DNA from: Octopus sinensis
Lineage: Eukaryota
NCBI RefSeq assembly: GCF_006345805.1
Contig: NC_042999.1
Location: 155,000,001-155,064,000 of the forward strand
Reading direction: 5' to 3'
Length of the DNA stretch: 64,000 bases
Shown piece by piece: positions 48,101 through 56,600 of this stretch. The translations under genes and the position numbers were made by a program. How positions within the stretch are numbered: the stretch's first letter is position 1; each line of letters begins with the position of its first letter. The notes beneath the pieces are model-generated. The model was not told where the DNA came from, did no database searches, and was given only the letters and a program-made list of their open reading frames with translations.

Positions 48101-48533
48101 CCAGCACTAGTGAGGTATGTTTGTACCTGGCAAGACCAAAGAACTGCTATACTGAAGGAAGAAATGAAAGAGAGGATGTTTTTATGTAAGCTGATGAAAA
48201 TATCTCTTATCATTATGAAATCCTTTTTATTTCATTCTCATCTGTATTTATCCATTGTCTTCATATCTAATTCCATCTCTGTGATATATTATTTAATTTA
48301 TTCTTCCTGCATGCTTGCATGTATATATTACATACATATAATTTTTGTGCATGTCTACAGCGAAAGTCTATACATATAACATAACATTATGCATATGCTT
48401 GCATGTATATGTGGCTAACCTCTTCTGTATGATTGCATGTGTATTATATAATTTGTCTATACTTATATACATATATAGCATGGAAGGCAGACGTTAAACG
48501 ATGATGCAGATATATATATGTGTGTGTGTGTAT

Positions 48534-48583
<50 letters not shown>

Positions 48584-49597
48584 CTTCTTGCACATGCCTG
48601 TATGCATGTATGTATATATATATGCATATGTGTGTGTATGTATATATGCACACACAAATGTAACGTCTTCCTTTCTTTTTCTCTTTCTCTTTCCATTCTT
48701 GGCTTGTTACTAACATTGAAAATTAGTAATGCAGATATACAAAAAGTAAGTCTCGTCATTTCTCTATGTCTACCAAATGAAATTGAATCAATAGAGGTTA
48801 TTCTTCTGGGTGATCACTACAAGGTGGCTTTCTTAAAAGGTTCTTTTCAAATTTCTTTTCTATCAAAACAAAGAAAACAGTGGGCAAATGGTAATTTTAA
48901 TATTTGGTAAACTATTGCTTATTCGCATTTTTATTTTCAACAAATCTAAACTTTTCAGGATTTACACAAAGAAATACCATCAACACAGCATCAGCCATTT
49001 TAGGTAGTATTTTTTCTGGCTCATAACATTCTAAGTTCAAAATTCCACCACGGTTGTCTTTTTGGGGTCATTAAAATAGAGGACCAATCAGCTATCCCCC
49101 TGCTTCTAAAATTATTGGCCTTGTACCAAAACTTGGGACCCTTATTATTATACTCTTTTATCTGTTTCAGTCATTTGACTATGGCCATGCTGGAGCACCG
49201 CCTTTAGTTGAAAAAATCAACCTTAAACCTAGTACATATTCTATTGGTCTCTTTTGTAAGCCTAGTGCTTATTCTATTGGTCTCTTTTGCCAAACTGCTG
49301 AGTTACGGGTACGTAAACACACCAGCATTGGTTGTTAACCCTTTAGTGTTTAAACCGGCCATATCAGGCCCAGATATTCCACATGTTTTATATTCAAACT
49401 GGCAATATCTAGTCTCTCACACCTATCCTACAATGTCATTCTATAAATAAACAATCACATCATTAAAACCTCAAAGCTGTAAGATAATGCATGATTAATT
49501 CAAAACAATTTGAGTGAAAAAGTATTACATTTAACAGAGTAATCTGAACACTAAAGGGTTAAGCAATGGTGTGTGGGGAACAAACACAGACACTCAA

Positions 49598-49635
<38 letters not shown>

Positions 49636-50131
49636 AAGAGAGAGACTCAGGAAGACATGGGATGAGGTGGTGAAACATGACCTTCGAACAATGGGCCTCA
49701 CTGAGACAATGACAAGAGACCAAAACCTCTGGAGATATGCTGTGATTGAGAAGACCCGACAAGTAAAGTGAGGTCGACTTTGTCTTTCATCCTTTCAGGG
49801 TCGATGAAATAAGTACCAGTTACGCACTAGGGTTGATGTAATTGACTTGATCCCCTCACCCAAGCTACCTTTATGGCAGAAATTTGAAATCATTATTTTT
49901 TTTTTTTAACTATTATTATATAAGACGGCAAGCTGGCAGAATTGTTAGCACAGGACAAAATGTTTAGTGGCATTTTGCCCATTGCTACATCATTAGTTCA
50001 AATTCCACTGAGGTCAACTTTGTCTTTCATCCTTTCAGGGTCAATAAATTAAGTACCAGTTGCATACTGGGGTCGATGTAATCAACTAGTCCCCTTCCCT
50101 ACAAATTTCAGGCCTTATGCCTTTAGTAGAA

Positions 50132-50166
<35 letters not shown>

Positions 50167-51674
50167 CATTAAAAAAATGTGATGAGATCATTTAAAATGA
50201 AATTTCTTATGGTAAAAATGTTTACAATGAAATTTCTTGTAACCATTTGCTGTTCCCAAAAATGTTGTCTTTTCATCATCATCATCCAGGATTTGTCCCC
50301 ATTAATGGGCATGGCCGGATCTACTTCAATGCCATAGCAACAGAGGTAGGCAGTTGCAGCCCACCCTAACCTTTGGGCCGGCTGGCTGGTTTGTGCCCAT
50401 TCTCCTTTACTATCATGAGGCTTTTTTGGAGCTAGATTTTCTATGGGGAGCATACCCTTGCTTATTCCCAACCTCAGTTTCTAGACATGAGTGGTCCCAA
50501 GACCAAAACCTCTACAACGATTTTTAAGAAATGTGGTGGAAAACTAGCTCAGGAAGGCAGGGACGCTACTCCCTGGGCCCGCTTTTGGAGCCCCCTACCT
50601 CTTTTGCAGTGTTATAATGTTGGGACAGATTCCAGTTGTGTCATGGTTTTTCTGAAGGTTTTTCATTACAATTGGTACCATTCTTGCTTTCATATTCCAC
50701 ATTCTCTCAGCATCTATTCTCATATCTGCATATTTTACAGTTTTTTCATTTTTTTTTTATCATTCAGCTAAAACTTTCAAGGTGGTGCCCCAGCATGGCC
50801 ACAATCAGATTAAAACAAGTTAAAGATAAAAAGATATAGAAATGTGTGTGTGTGTGTGTGTGTGCATGTTTTGCCAATAGAAAGGACATCTAGTTGATAA
50901 AACCAAGTCAAAATGACCTGTACAAGGGCCAGTCTATGAAAGCTGTAACTCCCAGTAAGAAAGGATCTAGATCATGGCAGTCATCCAACATGGGGACCAG
51001 ACATAAAATGATGATGATGTAGGTTTTTGTACAGTTTCCATCAACCAAATTCACTAGTAAGGCATTTGTTGTCCTGGGGCTATAATAATGACACAGTGAA
51101 ATGAACTCTTGACCACACTGCCACACCCACAGTAACTTTTTTCTCTCCCAAATCCTTAAAAACAAGCAAAACAAAATCTCAAATACAATGACAATCTTTT
51201 TCTGCCAACCACAATAGTATCATATAAGAGAAATAAATTTGTTATATTCTTGATTGTGAGGGGGCGGTGGGGGTGGAAATTACTCAGAGGCACCTTCTGC
51301 ATAAAAATAAAAAATACATAATTTAGTGACTGCTGGTAGTTAACCAAAGAAAAAGGTCCTAGTCAATTAAAAATACTTCCATAATGAGGTAAGAAAAAAC
51401 AATTAGTTTAATTATTTAATTTTAATTAAATTTAAATTTCAGAGTTGTCTATTTCTTTCTTGGCCAGAACTAGTCATTAAGCTCATTAGGGTTTCTCTCT
51501 CTCTCTCTCTCCCTCTCTCTCCATTACTGACTGGTGTATTTTTTATTAATTAAAATTGATTGGGTCACTTTTTGCTAATGAAAATATATTTCAGTTGGTC
51601 AACCTTAATTTCTCTTTCTCTCCTCTCTCTCTCATTTTATTAATTTGTTTCAGATGGTTTGTTTATATTCATTG

Positions 51675-51710
<36 letters not shown>

Positions 51711-51951
51711 TATATATAAGAAGATAGACAAAGAACATTTTGTACCTACAACATCGTAGTTGTAACTAAAATTTTCAAGGAGACACTGCCTGTCACTGAT
51801 TTTTTTTGTTTTTTTATGGGGTCAGTTTTAATTTATAGACTAGTTTATCAAATTCCTTGTATATTTAAGGCTGAGAGAAACAGAGAGCAGTATTTGTTTG
51901 GGGTAGGGTTGAGGGAGTAGACAGACAGACAGATACACACATACACGCATA

Positions 51952-51995
<44 letters not shown>

Positions 51996-53509
51996 TTGTA
52001 TATATATACCCTCTGTTTTCAATGGAACTACGAGTTCTAGTGATGCATTAAGCATAGCATAGTGTTTAGTTTAGCAATGTACAAATTCTTCTTCCTTACT
52101 TTCTCTAAGAGATTATGTTTTTGTTTTTTGCCATTTAACCCTTTTGATATGAACCTGCCTGACACCAATCTTGGTTCTGTGGTATAAGCTTCTGGCCAAA
52201 ATTCAAACTCCCATGAAAATTTCATGTTAATTTGTGTTCTAAAAATCAGCTTAATAACAATTCAGTTATTTTACTAAATTTTTCGTTATTTTAAAAATTA
52301 ATTAAAACAAAGGTAATGGATTTCAACAGAAACATAGCAGCAAAAATGTTCAAGTGATTGAAATTAAAACCTCCCCTTAAAATTTCATGTAAATTTATAT
52401 TCCAAACATCAACTTAATTATGACAGTTATTTTACAAAATTTTTCATTATTATTAAAATTAATTGAAAGAAGAATAGTGTATTTCAACAGAAATACTGTA
52501 CCAAAAGAGTTAAAAGCAGTGTTGAATGACAATAAAATAACTGAAATTTGGTTTGATAGTTGCTAGTAACTGAAGAAGAATTCTAGACCTAAAAGTTTGC
52601 CACCAAAAGAAATCATCTGAAAAATGTTTATTTATCAAAGCTTTTTTTTAACTGCTTTCATTTGATTGTTTAAAAATCTACCTTTTCTGTGTAAGTCACA
52701 TCTTGTTTAAAATCCATTTTATCTTGTCTAAAATAAATTTCATCTTGTCTGAAATAAATTTCATCTTTTCTAAAATTTATTTATTTTTTTTTTGTCTAAA
52801 AAAATATTTTATCTGATTTAAAATCTACCTTAGCTTGTTCTAAATGCCATCGTATCTTGTTTAAAATCCATCATATCTTGTTTGAAATCAATCTCACATT
52901 CTCTTAAATCGACTTCATCTCATTTAAATTTCATGTTTGTTGAAAATCCATCTCATAGTCTCTTAAATCCCTCTTAACCCTTTCGTTACCAACCTGACTG
53001 AAACCGGCTCTGGCTCTGAGTATAACTGTTTTGTTTTCATAAGTTTTGAATTAAAATCTTCCACCAAACCTTAGTCACAATTTATACTCCTAACACTAGC
53101 TTAATGGTAACTAAGTTATGTTACTAAATTCTTTGTTGTATTTAAAGTAATTGAAAGAAACACAGAGCATCTCAAAAGAAATACAGTAACGAAAGGGTTA
53201 AGATCCATCATATCTTGTTTGAAATCAATCTCACATTCTCTTAAATAAACTTCAGTGCATTTAAATTTCCTCCCTATTGAAAATCCATCTGACAATCTGT
53301 TAAATCCCTCTTAAATCTTGGTTTTATTTCGGCAGGTTTTGTATAAAGAAGTCAGTCAACTGAACGAATCTACAATGAAACGAATCCAGTCAGTGAGACT
53401 TCTACCCCCAGATTCTTTATGGATGGACCGTTATCATCATACTATTCAGTACGATAATCTCACTATAAACTGCTGTTCACATTGTAAAGGAGACATTTTT
53501 GTGGTATAA
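12970..53509 (+). CDS. BLZF1: Golgin-45 / BLZF1 (JEM-1) orthologue, spliced CDS of 7 exons, 437 aa
   Basis: Exon lengths 309+264+77+123+129+238+174=1314 nt join in one open frame with GT-AG introns and phases 0,0,2,2,2,0. The translation has [54 protein letters not shown] and C-terminal [19 protein letters not shown]. These match vertebrate golgin-45 motifs as I recall them ([19 protein letters not shown]; MSIQCDVWRSKFLASRVMADEL; YENITFNCCNHCxGELIAL). Confidence 0.95.
14090..14620 (+). mobile_element. Family C retroelement with minisatellite units, opposite orientation
   Basis: Repeated CCTGACTGGCTCCC...AAAAGCACC units, then GGACATTAAACGATGATGATGAT tail. Confidence 0.85.
14935..15121 (-). 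mobile_element. Penelope-type terminal repeat with a degenerate hammerhead-like motif (15019-15053)
   Basis: Minus strand GTTT-CCGATGA-AGTGCTCCACTC-GAAAC-GTT-AAAC. Confidence 0.5.
15465..15807. repeat. Perfect inverted repeat, 164-bp arms with a 15-nt loop
   Basis: Arms 15465-15628 and 15644-15807, loop TCAGTGCCCTTGAAG; the same peptide [12 protein letters not shown]... appears on both strands in the ORF track. Confidence 0.95.
16433..16660 (+). mobile_element. piggyBac-type MITE family 1
   Basis: TTAA-CCCTTTTGTTAC...GTAACAAAAGGG-TTAA. Confidence 0.9.
16735..17703 (-). mobile_element. tRNA-headed SINE joined to RTE-like 3' sequence, interrupted by a MITE
   Basis: Minus head GCGGTTAGGGCAGTGGACTCACGG...GATTCCC; downstream frame [18 protein letters not shown] resembles an RTE C-terminal zinc finger; sequence resumes past the TTAA MITE at 16814-17042. 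Confidence 0.55.
16814..17042 (-). mobile_element. piggyBac-type MITE family 2
   Basis: TTAA-CCCTTTAGTGTT...AACACTAAAGGG-TTAA. Confidence 0.9.
18564..18827 (+). CDS. BLZF1: BLZF1 coding exon 2 (RVLKPV...[10 protein letters not shown])
   Basis: Acceptor TTCTATTTTCCAG| ending 18563; donor CAG|GTAAGA at 18828; 264 nt, phase 0/0; ends at the start of the coiled coil. Confidence 0.9.
20318..20531. repeat. 16-bp GC-rich minisatellite (CCTTGGCCTCGCCAGC-like, about 13 units) inside a family-C-like retroelement
   Basis: Read directly; flanked by GTAGAAACCATG and TCTAACCATCCAACCCACACTAGCATGGAA element sequence. Confidence 0.92.
21567..21747. mobile_element. Penelope-type inverted repeat containing a minimal hammerhead ribozyme motif (21614-21659, minus strand)
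   Basis: Arms 21567-21639 and 21679-21747; minus strand GACAC-CTGAAGA-A-GGCTG-GAGGGTATAT-CAGCC-GAAA-T-GTT-GTGTT. Confidence 0.7.
22372..22594. mobile_element. CpG-rich palindromic MITE with about 65-bp TIRs, inserted in a SINE
   Basis: TTAAGAAGAGTG...GTGACTAGTCGATCCT versus AGGATCGACTAGTCAC...CACTCTTCTTAA; it splits the SINE motif GTCAACTT/TGCCTTTCATCC. Confidence 0.85.
22782..23430 (-). mobile_element. Probable LTR remnant with a tRNA-Trp-like PBS fragment, interrupted by a SINE
   Basis: Minus strand TGTA...GCTACA termini (23430 to 22791) followed by C-TGGTGACC; the SINE sits within a 12-bp TSD. Confidence 0.45.
22922..23339 (+). mobile_element. SINE family A with an internal 184-bp tandem duplication and 12-bp TSD
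   Basis: GGCGAGCTGGCAGAA head, GTTCAAATTCC B-box; unit repeated at 22973 and 23157; TSD GGTAGTTGTTGA at 22910-22921 and 23340-23351. Confidence 0.9.
24181..24415 (+). mobile_element. Full-length SINE family A
   Basis: GGCGGCGAGCTGGCAGAAACGTTAGCACG...GTCGACTTTGCCTTT...AATAAAGAAATAAG. Confidence 0.9.
24614..24690 (+). CDS. BLZF1: BLZF1 coding exon 3 ([25 protein letters not shown])
   Basis: Acceptor TTTTATTGTCAG|; donor GAG|GTAAGT; highly conserved golgin-45 motif. Too short to appear in the ORF track. Confidence 0.95.
24727..25120 (-). mobile_element. Family C retroelement
   Basis: ATCATCATCGTTTAGCGTCCG tail and GGATGCCCTTCCTAACGCCAACC core. Confidence 0.85.
25180..25778 (+). mobile_element. 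CR1-clade LINE 3' fragment, decayed
   Basis: Frames give [28 protein letters not shown] and [14 protein letters not shown]; 3' UTR ends in (ATT)n; partial copies at about 21260-21540 and 25950-26050. Confidence 0.85.
26658..26780 (+). CDS. BLZF1: BLZF1 coding exon 4 (R-DKAQLSLE...[10 protein letters not shown])
   Basis: Acceptor TTTTTACAG|; donor CAG|GTAAAT; 123 nt, phase 2/2; conserved SIQxDxWRSKF motif. Confidence 0.95.
26808..27289 (+). mobile_element. Two tandem piggyBac-type MITE family 1 copies
   Basis: Copies at 26808 to about 27040 and 27061-27289, separated by a roughly 22-nt spacer. Confidence 0.88.
27979..28107 (+). CDS. BLZF1: BLZF1 coding exon 5 (R-VLIDELAK...QSHLMESY)
   Basis: Acceptor TTTTCTCCCATTAG|; donor CAA|GTAAGT; 129 nt, phase 2/2; AIQRLLNER resembles vertebrate AIQDLLSER. 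Confidence 0.93.
28320..28723. mobile_element. Foldback-type MITE with about 120-bp terminal inverted repeats
   Basis: GTGAAGTGTATTTGCCATCTAAATGTGGCTAACC...CTGTGCCCTATT mirrored by AATAGGGCGCAGAAAG...GATGGCAAATATACTTCA. Confidence 0.88.
28832..29478 (-). mobile_element. piggyBac-type MITE family 2 carrying nested insertions, including a family C element at about 29067-29310
   Basis: TTAA-CCCTTTAGCG...TGCTAAAGGG-TTAA termini 640 bp apart with foreign blocks inside. Confidence 0.8.
29482..29950 (-). mobile_element. Family C retroelement
   Basis: ATCATCATCGTTTAACGTCCG tail with internal minisatellite units. Confidence 0.85.
30762..30999 (+). CDS. BLZF1: BLZF1 coding exon 6 ([10 protein letters not shown]...TPAEAQAQE)
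   Basis: Acceptor AATATTTCAG|; donor GAG|GTGAGC; 238 nt, phase 2/0; TPAE motif as in vertebrate STPAEKMA. Confidence 0.9.
31205..31705 (-). mobile_element. RTE-clade (BovB-like) LINE 3' fragment with an internal deletion
   Basis: [15 protein letters not shown]...VDKFTYLG...[13 protein letters not shown] fused to [16 protein letters not shown]...[21 protein letters not shown]. Confidence 0.9.
33464..33860 (-). mobile_element. Near-intact SINE family B
   Basis: Complete head-linker-tail reverse complement with CpGs retained. Confidence 0.92.
34085..34450 (+). mobile_element. SINE family B
   Basis: AACCACATGGTTCTGGGTTCAGTCCC...GACTGAAACAAGTAAGAGTAAA. Confidence 0.9.
35079..35811 (-). mobile_element. 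Three tandem piggyBac-type MITE family 1 copies inserted at TTAA in a SINE (about 34797-35905)
   Basis: Units 35079-35307, 35331-35560 and 35584-35811 with 23-nt spacers GAATTGTTTCTCT...; SINE sequence resumes on both sides. Confidence 0.92.
36757..37310 (-). mobile_element. Family C retroelement with about 6 minisatellite units
   Basis: CATCATCGTCGTCGTTTAATGTC tail; repeated GAATGGTGCTTTT...GCCAGTCAGG units. Confidence 0.85.
38257..38575. mobile_element. Inverted-repeat element with about 110-bp arms containing tRNA-like A/B boxes
   Basis: CCCTTTGGATGG...ATACCAAAGCAACA mirrored by TGTTGCTTTGGTATAATGG...GTTCAAGTCC...CCATCCAAGGG. Confidence 0.7.
40590..40900 (+). mobile_element. Internally deleted RTE-X-like LINE fragment
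   Basis: [29 protein letters not shown] juxtaposed to PC...[13 protein letters not shown]...RCSGITERF (PHD-finger-like). Confidence 0.7.
41941..42587 (+). mobile_element. 5'-truncated CR1-clade LINE (C-terminal part of ORF2 plus 3' UTR)
   Basis: [59 protein letters not shown] and PWNKLP motifs; (TAAC)n tail. Confidence 0.93.
43145..44050. mobile_element. Two SINE family B copies in inverted, tail-to-tail arrangement
   Basis: Plus copy about 43145-43585, minus copy about 43612-44050. Confidence 0.9.
44766..45178. repeat. Compound (TA)n/(TG)n/(TATG)n microsatellite
   Basis: Read directly from the sequence. Confidence 0.95.
49335..49562 (+). mobile_element. piggyBac-type MITE family 2 nested at TTAA in a minus-strand SINE B (about 49158-49630)
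   Basis: TTAA-CCCTTTAGTGTTT...AACACTAAAGGG-TTAA; flanks rejoin as GCATTGGTTG-TTAA-GCAATGG. Confidence 0.9.
49632..49771 (+). mobile_element. RTE-type LINE C-terminal fragment
   Basis: [32 protein letters not shown] resembles the RTE ORF C-terminus. Confidence 0.75.
52974..53201 (+). mobile_element. piggyBac-type MITE family 1
   Basis: TTAA-CCCTTTCGTTAC...GTAACGAAAGGG-TTAA; a more degenerate related block lies at about 52135-52513. Confidence 0.92.
53336..53509 (+). CDS. BLZF1: BLZF1 coding exon 7, terminal (VLYKEV...[12 protein letters not shown])
   Basis: Acceptor TTTTATTTCGGCAG|; phase 0; TAA at 53507-53509; conserved C-terminal CCxHC and hydrophobic tail. Confidence 0.93.
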   Translation, partial: VLYKEVSQLNESTMKRIQSVRLLPPDSLWMDRYHHTIQYDNLTINCCSHCKGDIFVV

Positions 53510-55675
53510 ATATTTACAGAGTTCCCCATAATTCCACTGTCATTATTTATCTGTTCCATTCTAACTGTTTTGCTCAACCTTTATCCATTAATCTTTGTAT
53601 TATATTGTTCCAGATAAACTGTTTATAACATTGAATTCTCAAATTTAAATTATTCTAATCTAGATAAGGTGGTATAGGATTATATTTATGGAATTTACAT
53701 GTAAATTCAAAGTCTTTGTTTCTCTGTAAGTTCTTCTCTTCACACAAGATTTAAAGATAACTGAAATTTCCTTTTGGAACCTACAAGAATTCCCTCCTGT
53801 AAGCCCATTGTAGATTTTTTTTTTTTTTTTTTGTGGTATCAGTTCAGAATTGTTTTTGTTCTGATATTAATTAGCTGTAATTATCTATTTTCATTCCAAT
53901 TTATGGAATCAATATTTTTTTTTTCTTCCGAAATTCATTGAAAATTTATATTTTTGATCATACTTTATCTCTTTGGAACCAAAAATGTTTAGAATTATTT
54001 CTTGGTTGAATGGTTTGGAAAGAGAGTTACATTTGTTTTTCTCTTTTATGTCAGTGTTTGTGTGTTTGGTCAATCATCATAATTGTTTCAACATCCACTT
54101 TTGCATGCTTGCATGGCTTGGACAGAGTTTATTGCAGCAAGTTTTCTATGGCGGGATACCTTTCCTGTTGCTAACCCTCACCTGTTCCCAAGCAATATAT
54201 TTTCCCATGGCCAGACATGTTTTTTACTTTTTCCAAAATATTGGAAACGAATGAGAGTGAGACGCATTTACAACTTTCATGCAATTTATGCCTGTGTGTG
54301 TTAGTGTTTCCTTGTTTCACTATTGTGGGAACAGTTGTAAACAAATGTCACCACTATATAAATGGTGTCCCTCTTTTCCAATATTCTGTGAAAACATGCC
54401 CAGCCTTGGACAAATATTATCTCACTTCGAAACAGATAAGAGTTGGTGACTGGAAGAGCATTCAGCCATAGAAAATCTACCTCAGCAAATTCTGTCTAAC
54501 CCAGGTGTGTGTGTGTGTAGTATACTCGCATTTTAGTAATGTCCAACCCATGCCAACATGGGAAGCTGACATTAAATGATGATATGTATATATACCTACG
54601 TATATGTACATACATCTATACATATATATATATATATAAGCATATGTGGGCACAGGATGTCAGGAAACGTGTACAACAAAAAAATACGAAGCATGAGTAC
54701 ATGGAACATGAACTATTCTTTCGAACAATGAAAGACACAAATGGAAAACAAAACAAACAACATAAAGAATGACCCTTCATCAGTTGTTGGCTGTTTTTCT
54801 AGTCTCATGTTTCAAGCATTTAACGACAATATACACTTTCAATAAAACAGTTGCTCCCGCAAAGCAAATTAAATAAAATTTGAGATTTTGCAGAGGGTCA
54901 AAATAGGTAACACAAACAGGACAGCGAAAACAAACAGGAAGGGTTGCTAAGCCTAAACTAGGTTGTGGTGGTGAACACGTAAATCAAGCTTGGACAGGAG
55001 ACAAGCAAGAACACGTCTTCTGTGTTCCAGCAAAAATGGAGAGAAAGAAAGAAACACAAGTTAGGAGAAGAAAGATGGCCGATGGTCACGTGGGAGCCAC
55101 ATGAGCAAGGGAGGAGGAGTGAGGGAGAGAGAGTGACAGAGTAATAGGAAAGAGTAGTGGGAGAAGAGGAGGTAAAAGAATAAGAGAAAGAAAGAGTAAA
55201 AAGATTGTATAGAGTGAGCATCAGAATTAAGATAAAACTTACACGCCACACATCCTCTTCTGAGTAAGTTTTATATATATATATATATAGATAGAATTAA
55301 GGATAAAATCACTTTAATGATTTTATCTAGTGGCCAGTTTGAAATAAAAACTTTATAGATAACATTTTATACTAATTTTTAATTATATAGATATTTATTG
55401 TTAATCCTTTAATATAATTATAAATTAGTGGGTATATATATATATATATAAATAATTAGAAATAAAAAGACCTTAGTACAGTATTTTATATTTGAAAAAA
55501 TGAATAGGAATGGCTTTTCTGATTATTTTTTCCACTTTGATAATTAGATGTTTATAATTTATCAGGTGTTTACAAATCATGACTCTGTTAGGAGTTTCAT
55601 ACTTAAAAGGGGTTTTCAAACTGATACTCTCGAGTCCCCTTAATACAGTCTTAATTTCTAGCTGTTGAACAACGA

Positions 55676-55706
<31 letters not shown>

Positions 55707-56372
55707 TGTGTATCTAATGATTTCTCAACATCTAATTATCAAAGTGGAAAAATTATAAGAAAAATCTATTTCTATTCATTTTTTCATACACACACACACA
55801 CACATACAAAATTCCTGTTATCTGCCATAAATCTTTAGTTTAAAATTTGAAATTTATATTTCTAGCATTTTATTTATTTTATTAATGACCAAACTAAAGG
55901 TGGTGTTTGAAAATATTCTAATTTTTGTTTGTATTTCTTATCTGTCATACATTTATAAGATGTTGTTGTCATTGTGTTTAAAGCGTTTTCATCACGCAGA
56001 AGATGTTATCATCATTATGTTTGTGTTTCCACCACACAAAGATAGCTAAGTCATTTTACTCATAATAAATTGTGACGTCTTCGATATTAATGTTAATCTC
56101 CTACCAAACAAAGATTTGTCTTGCAGCATTTTGCTTCCATACACCACATGAATTCTTTAAAAGCAATGAATCTTAAAGGACTGTTGTTAAAGTTTTTTTG
56201 TTTGTTTTGTTTTTTTTGACACCCAGGTATAAAAATATGGAGTTTTAAATTAACACCTACTGTGAATTGAAAGAACAAATAATAACAGGCCATTATGCTT
56301 AATTATATTTAACCATGAAATAGGAGAGTGACAATGATCTTCGGAATTAGAAAAATTGTTCTAATTCCACCA

Positions 56373-56600
56373 GTAACCCTTTCGTTACCAACCTGGCTGA
56401 AACTGGCTCTGGCTCTGAGTACAAATGTCTTGTTTTCACAAGTTTTGAATTAAAATCTTCCACCAAACCTTAGTCATAATCTATGTTCTTAAAACTAGCT
56501 GAATGATAGCTAAGTTATTTTACTAAATTTTTTGTTATATTTAAAGTAATTGAAAGAAATACAGAGCATCTCAAAATAAATACAGTAACGAAAGGGTTAA
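56373..56600 (+). mobile_element. piggyBac-type MITE family 1
   Basis: GTAA-CCCTTTCGTTAC...GTAACGAAAGGG-TTAA. Confidence 0.9.

Noticed and set aside
51656-51770. Acceptor TTTGTTTCAG|ATG as an alternative terminal exon in frame with exon 6
   Set aside because: It runs straight into a (TA)n tract and would lose the conserved C-terminus; there is no other support.
54640-55270. Repeat with minus-strand CTGATGA as a third hammerhead
   Set aside because: No helix II or GAAAC-NUH arrangement can be built nearby.
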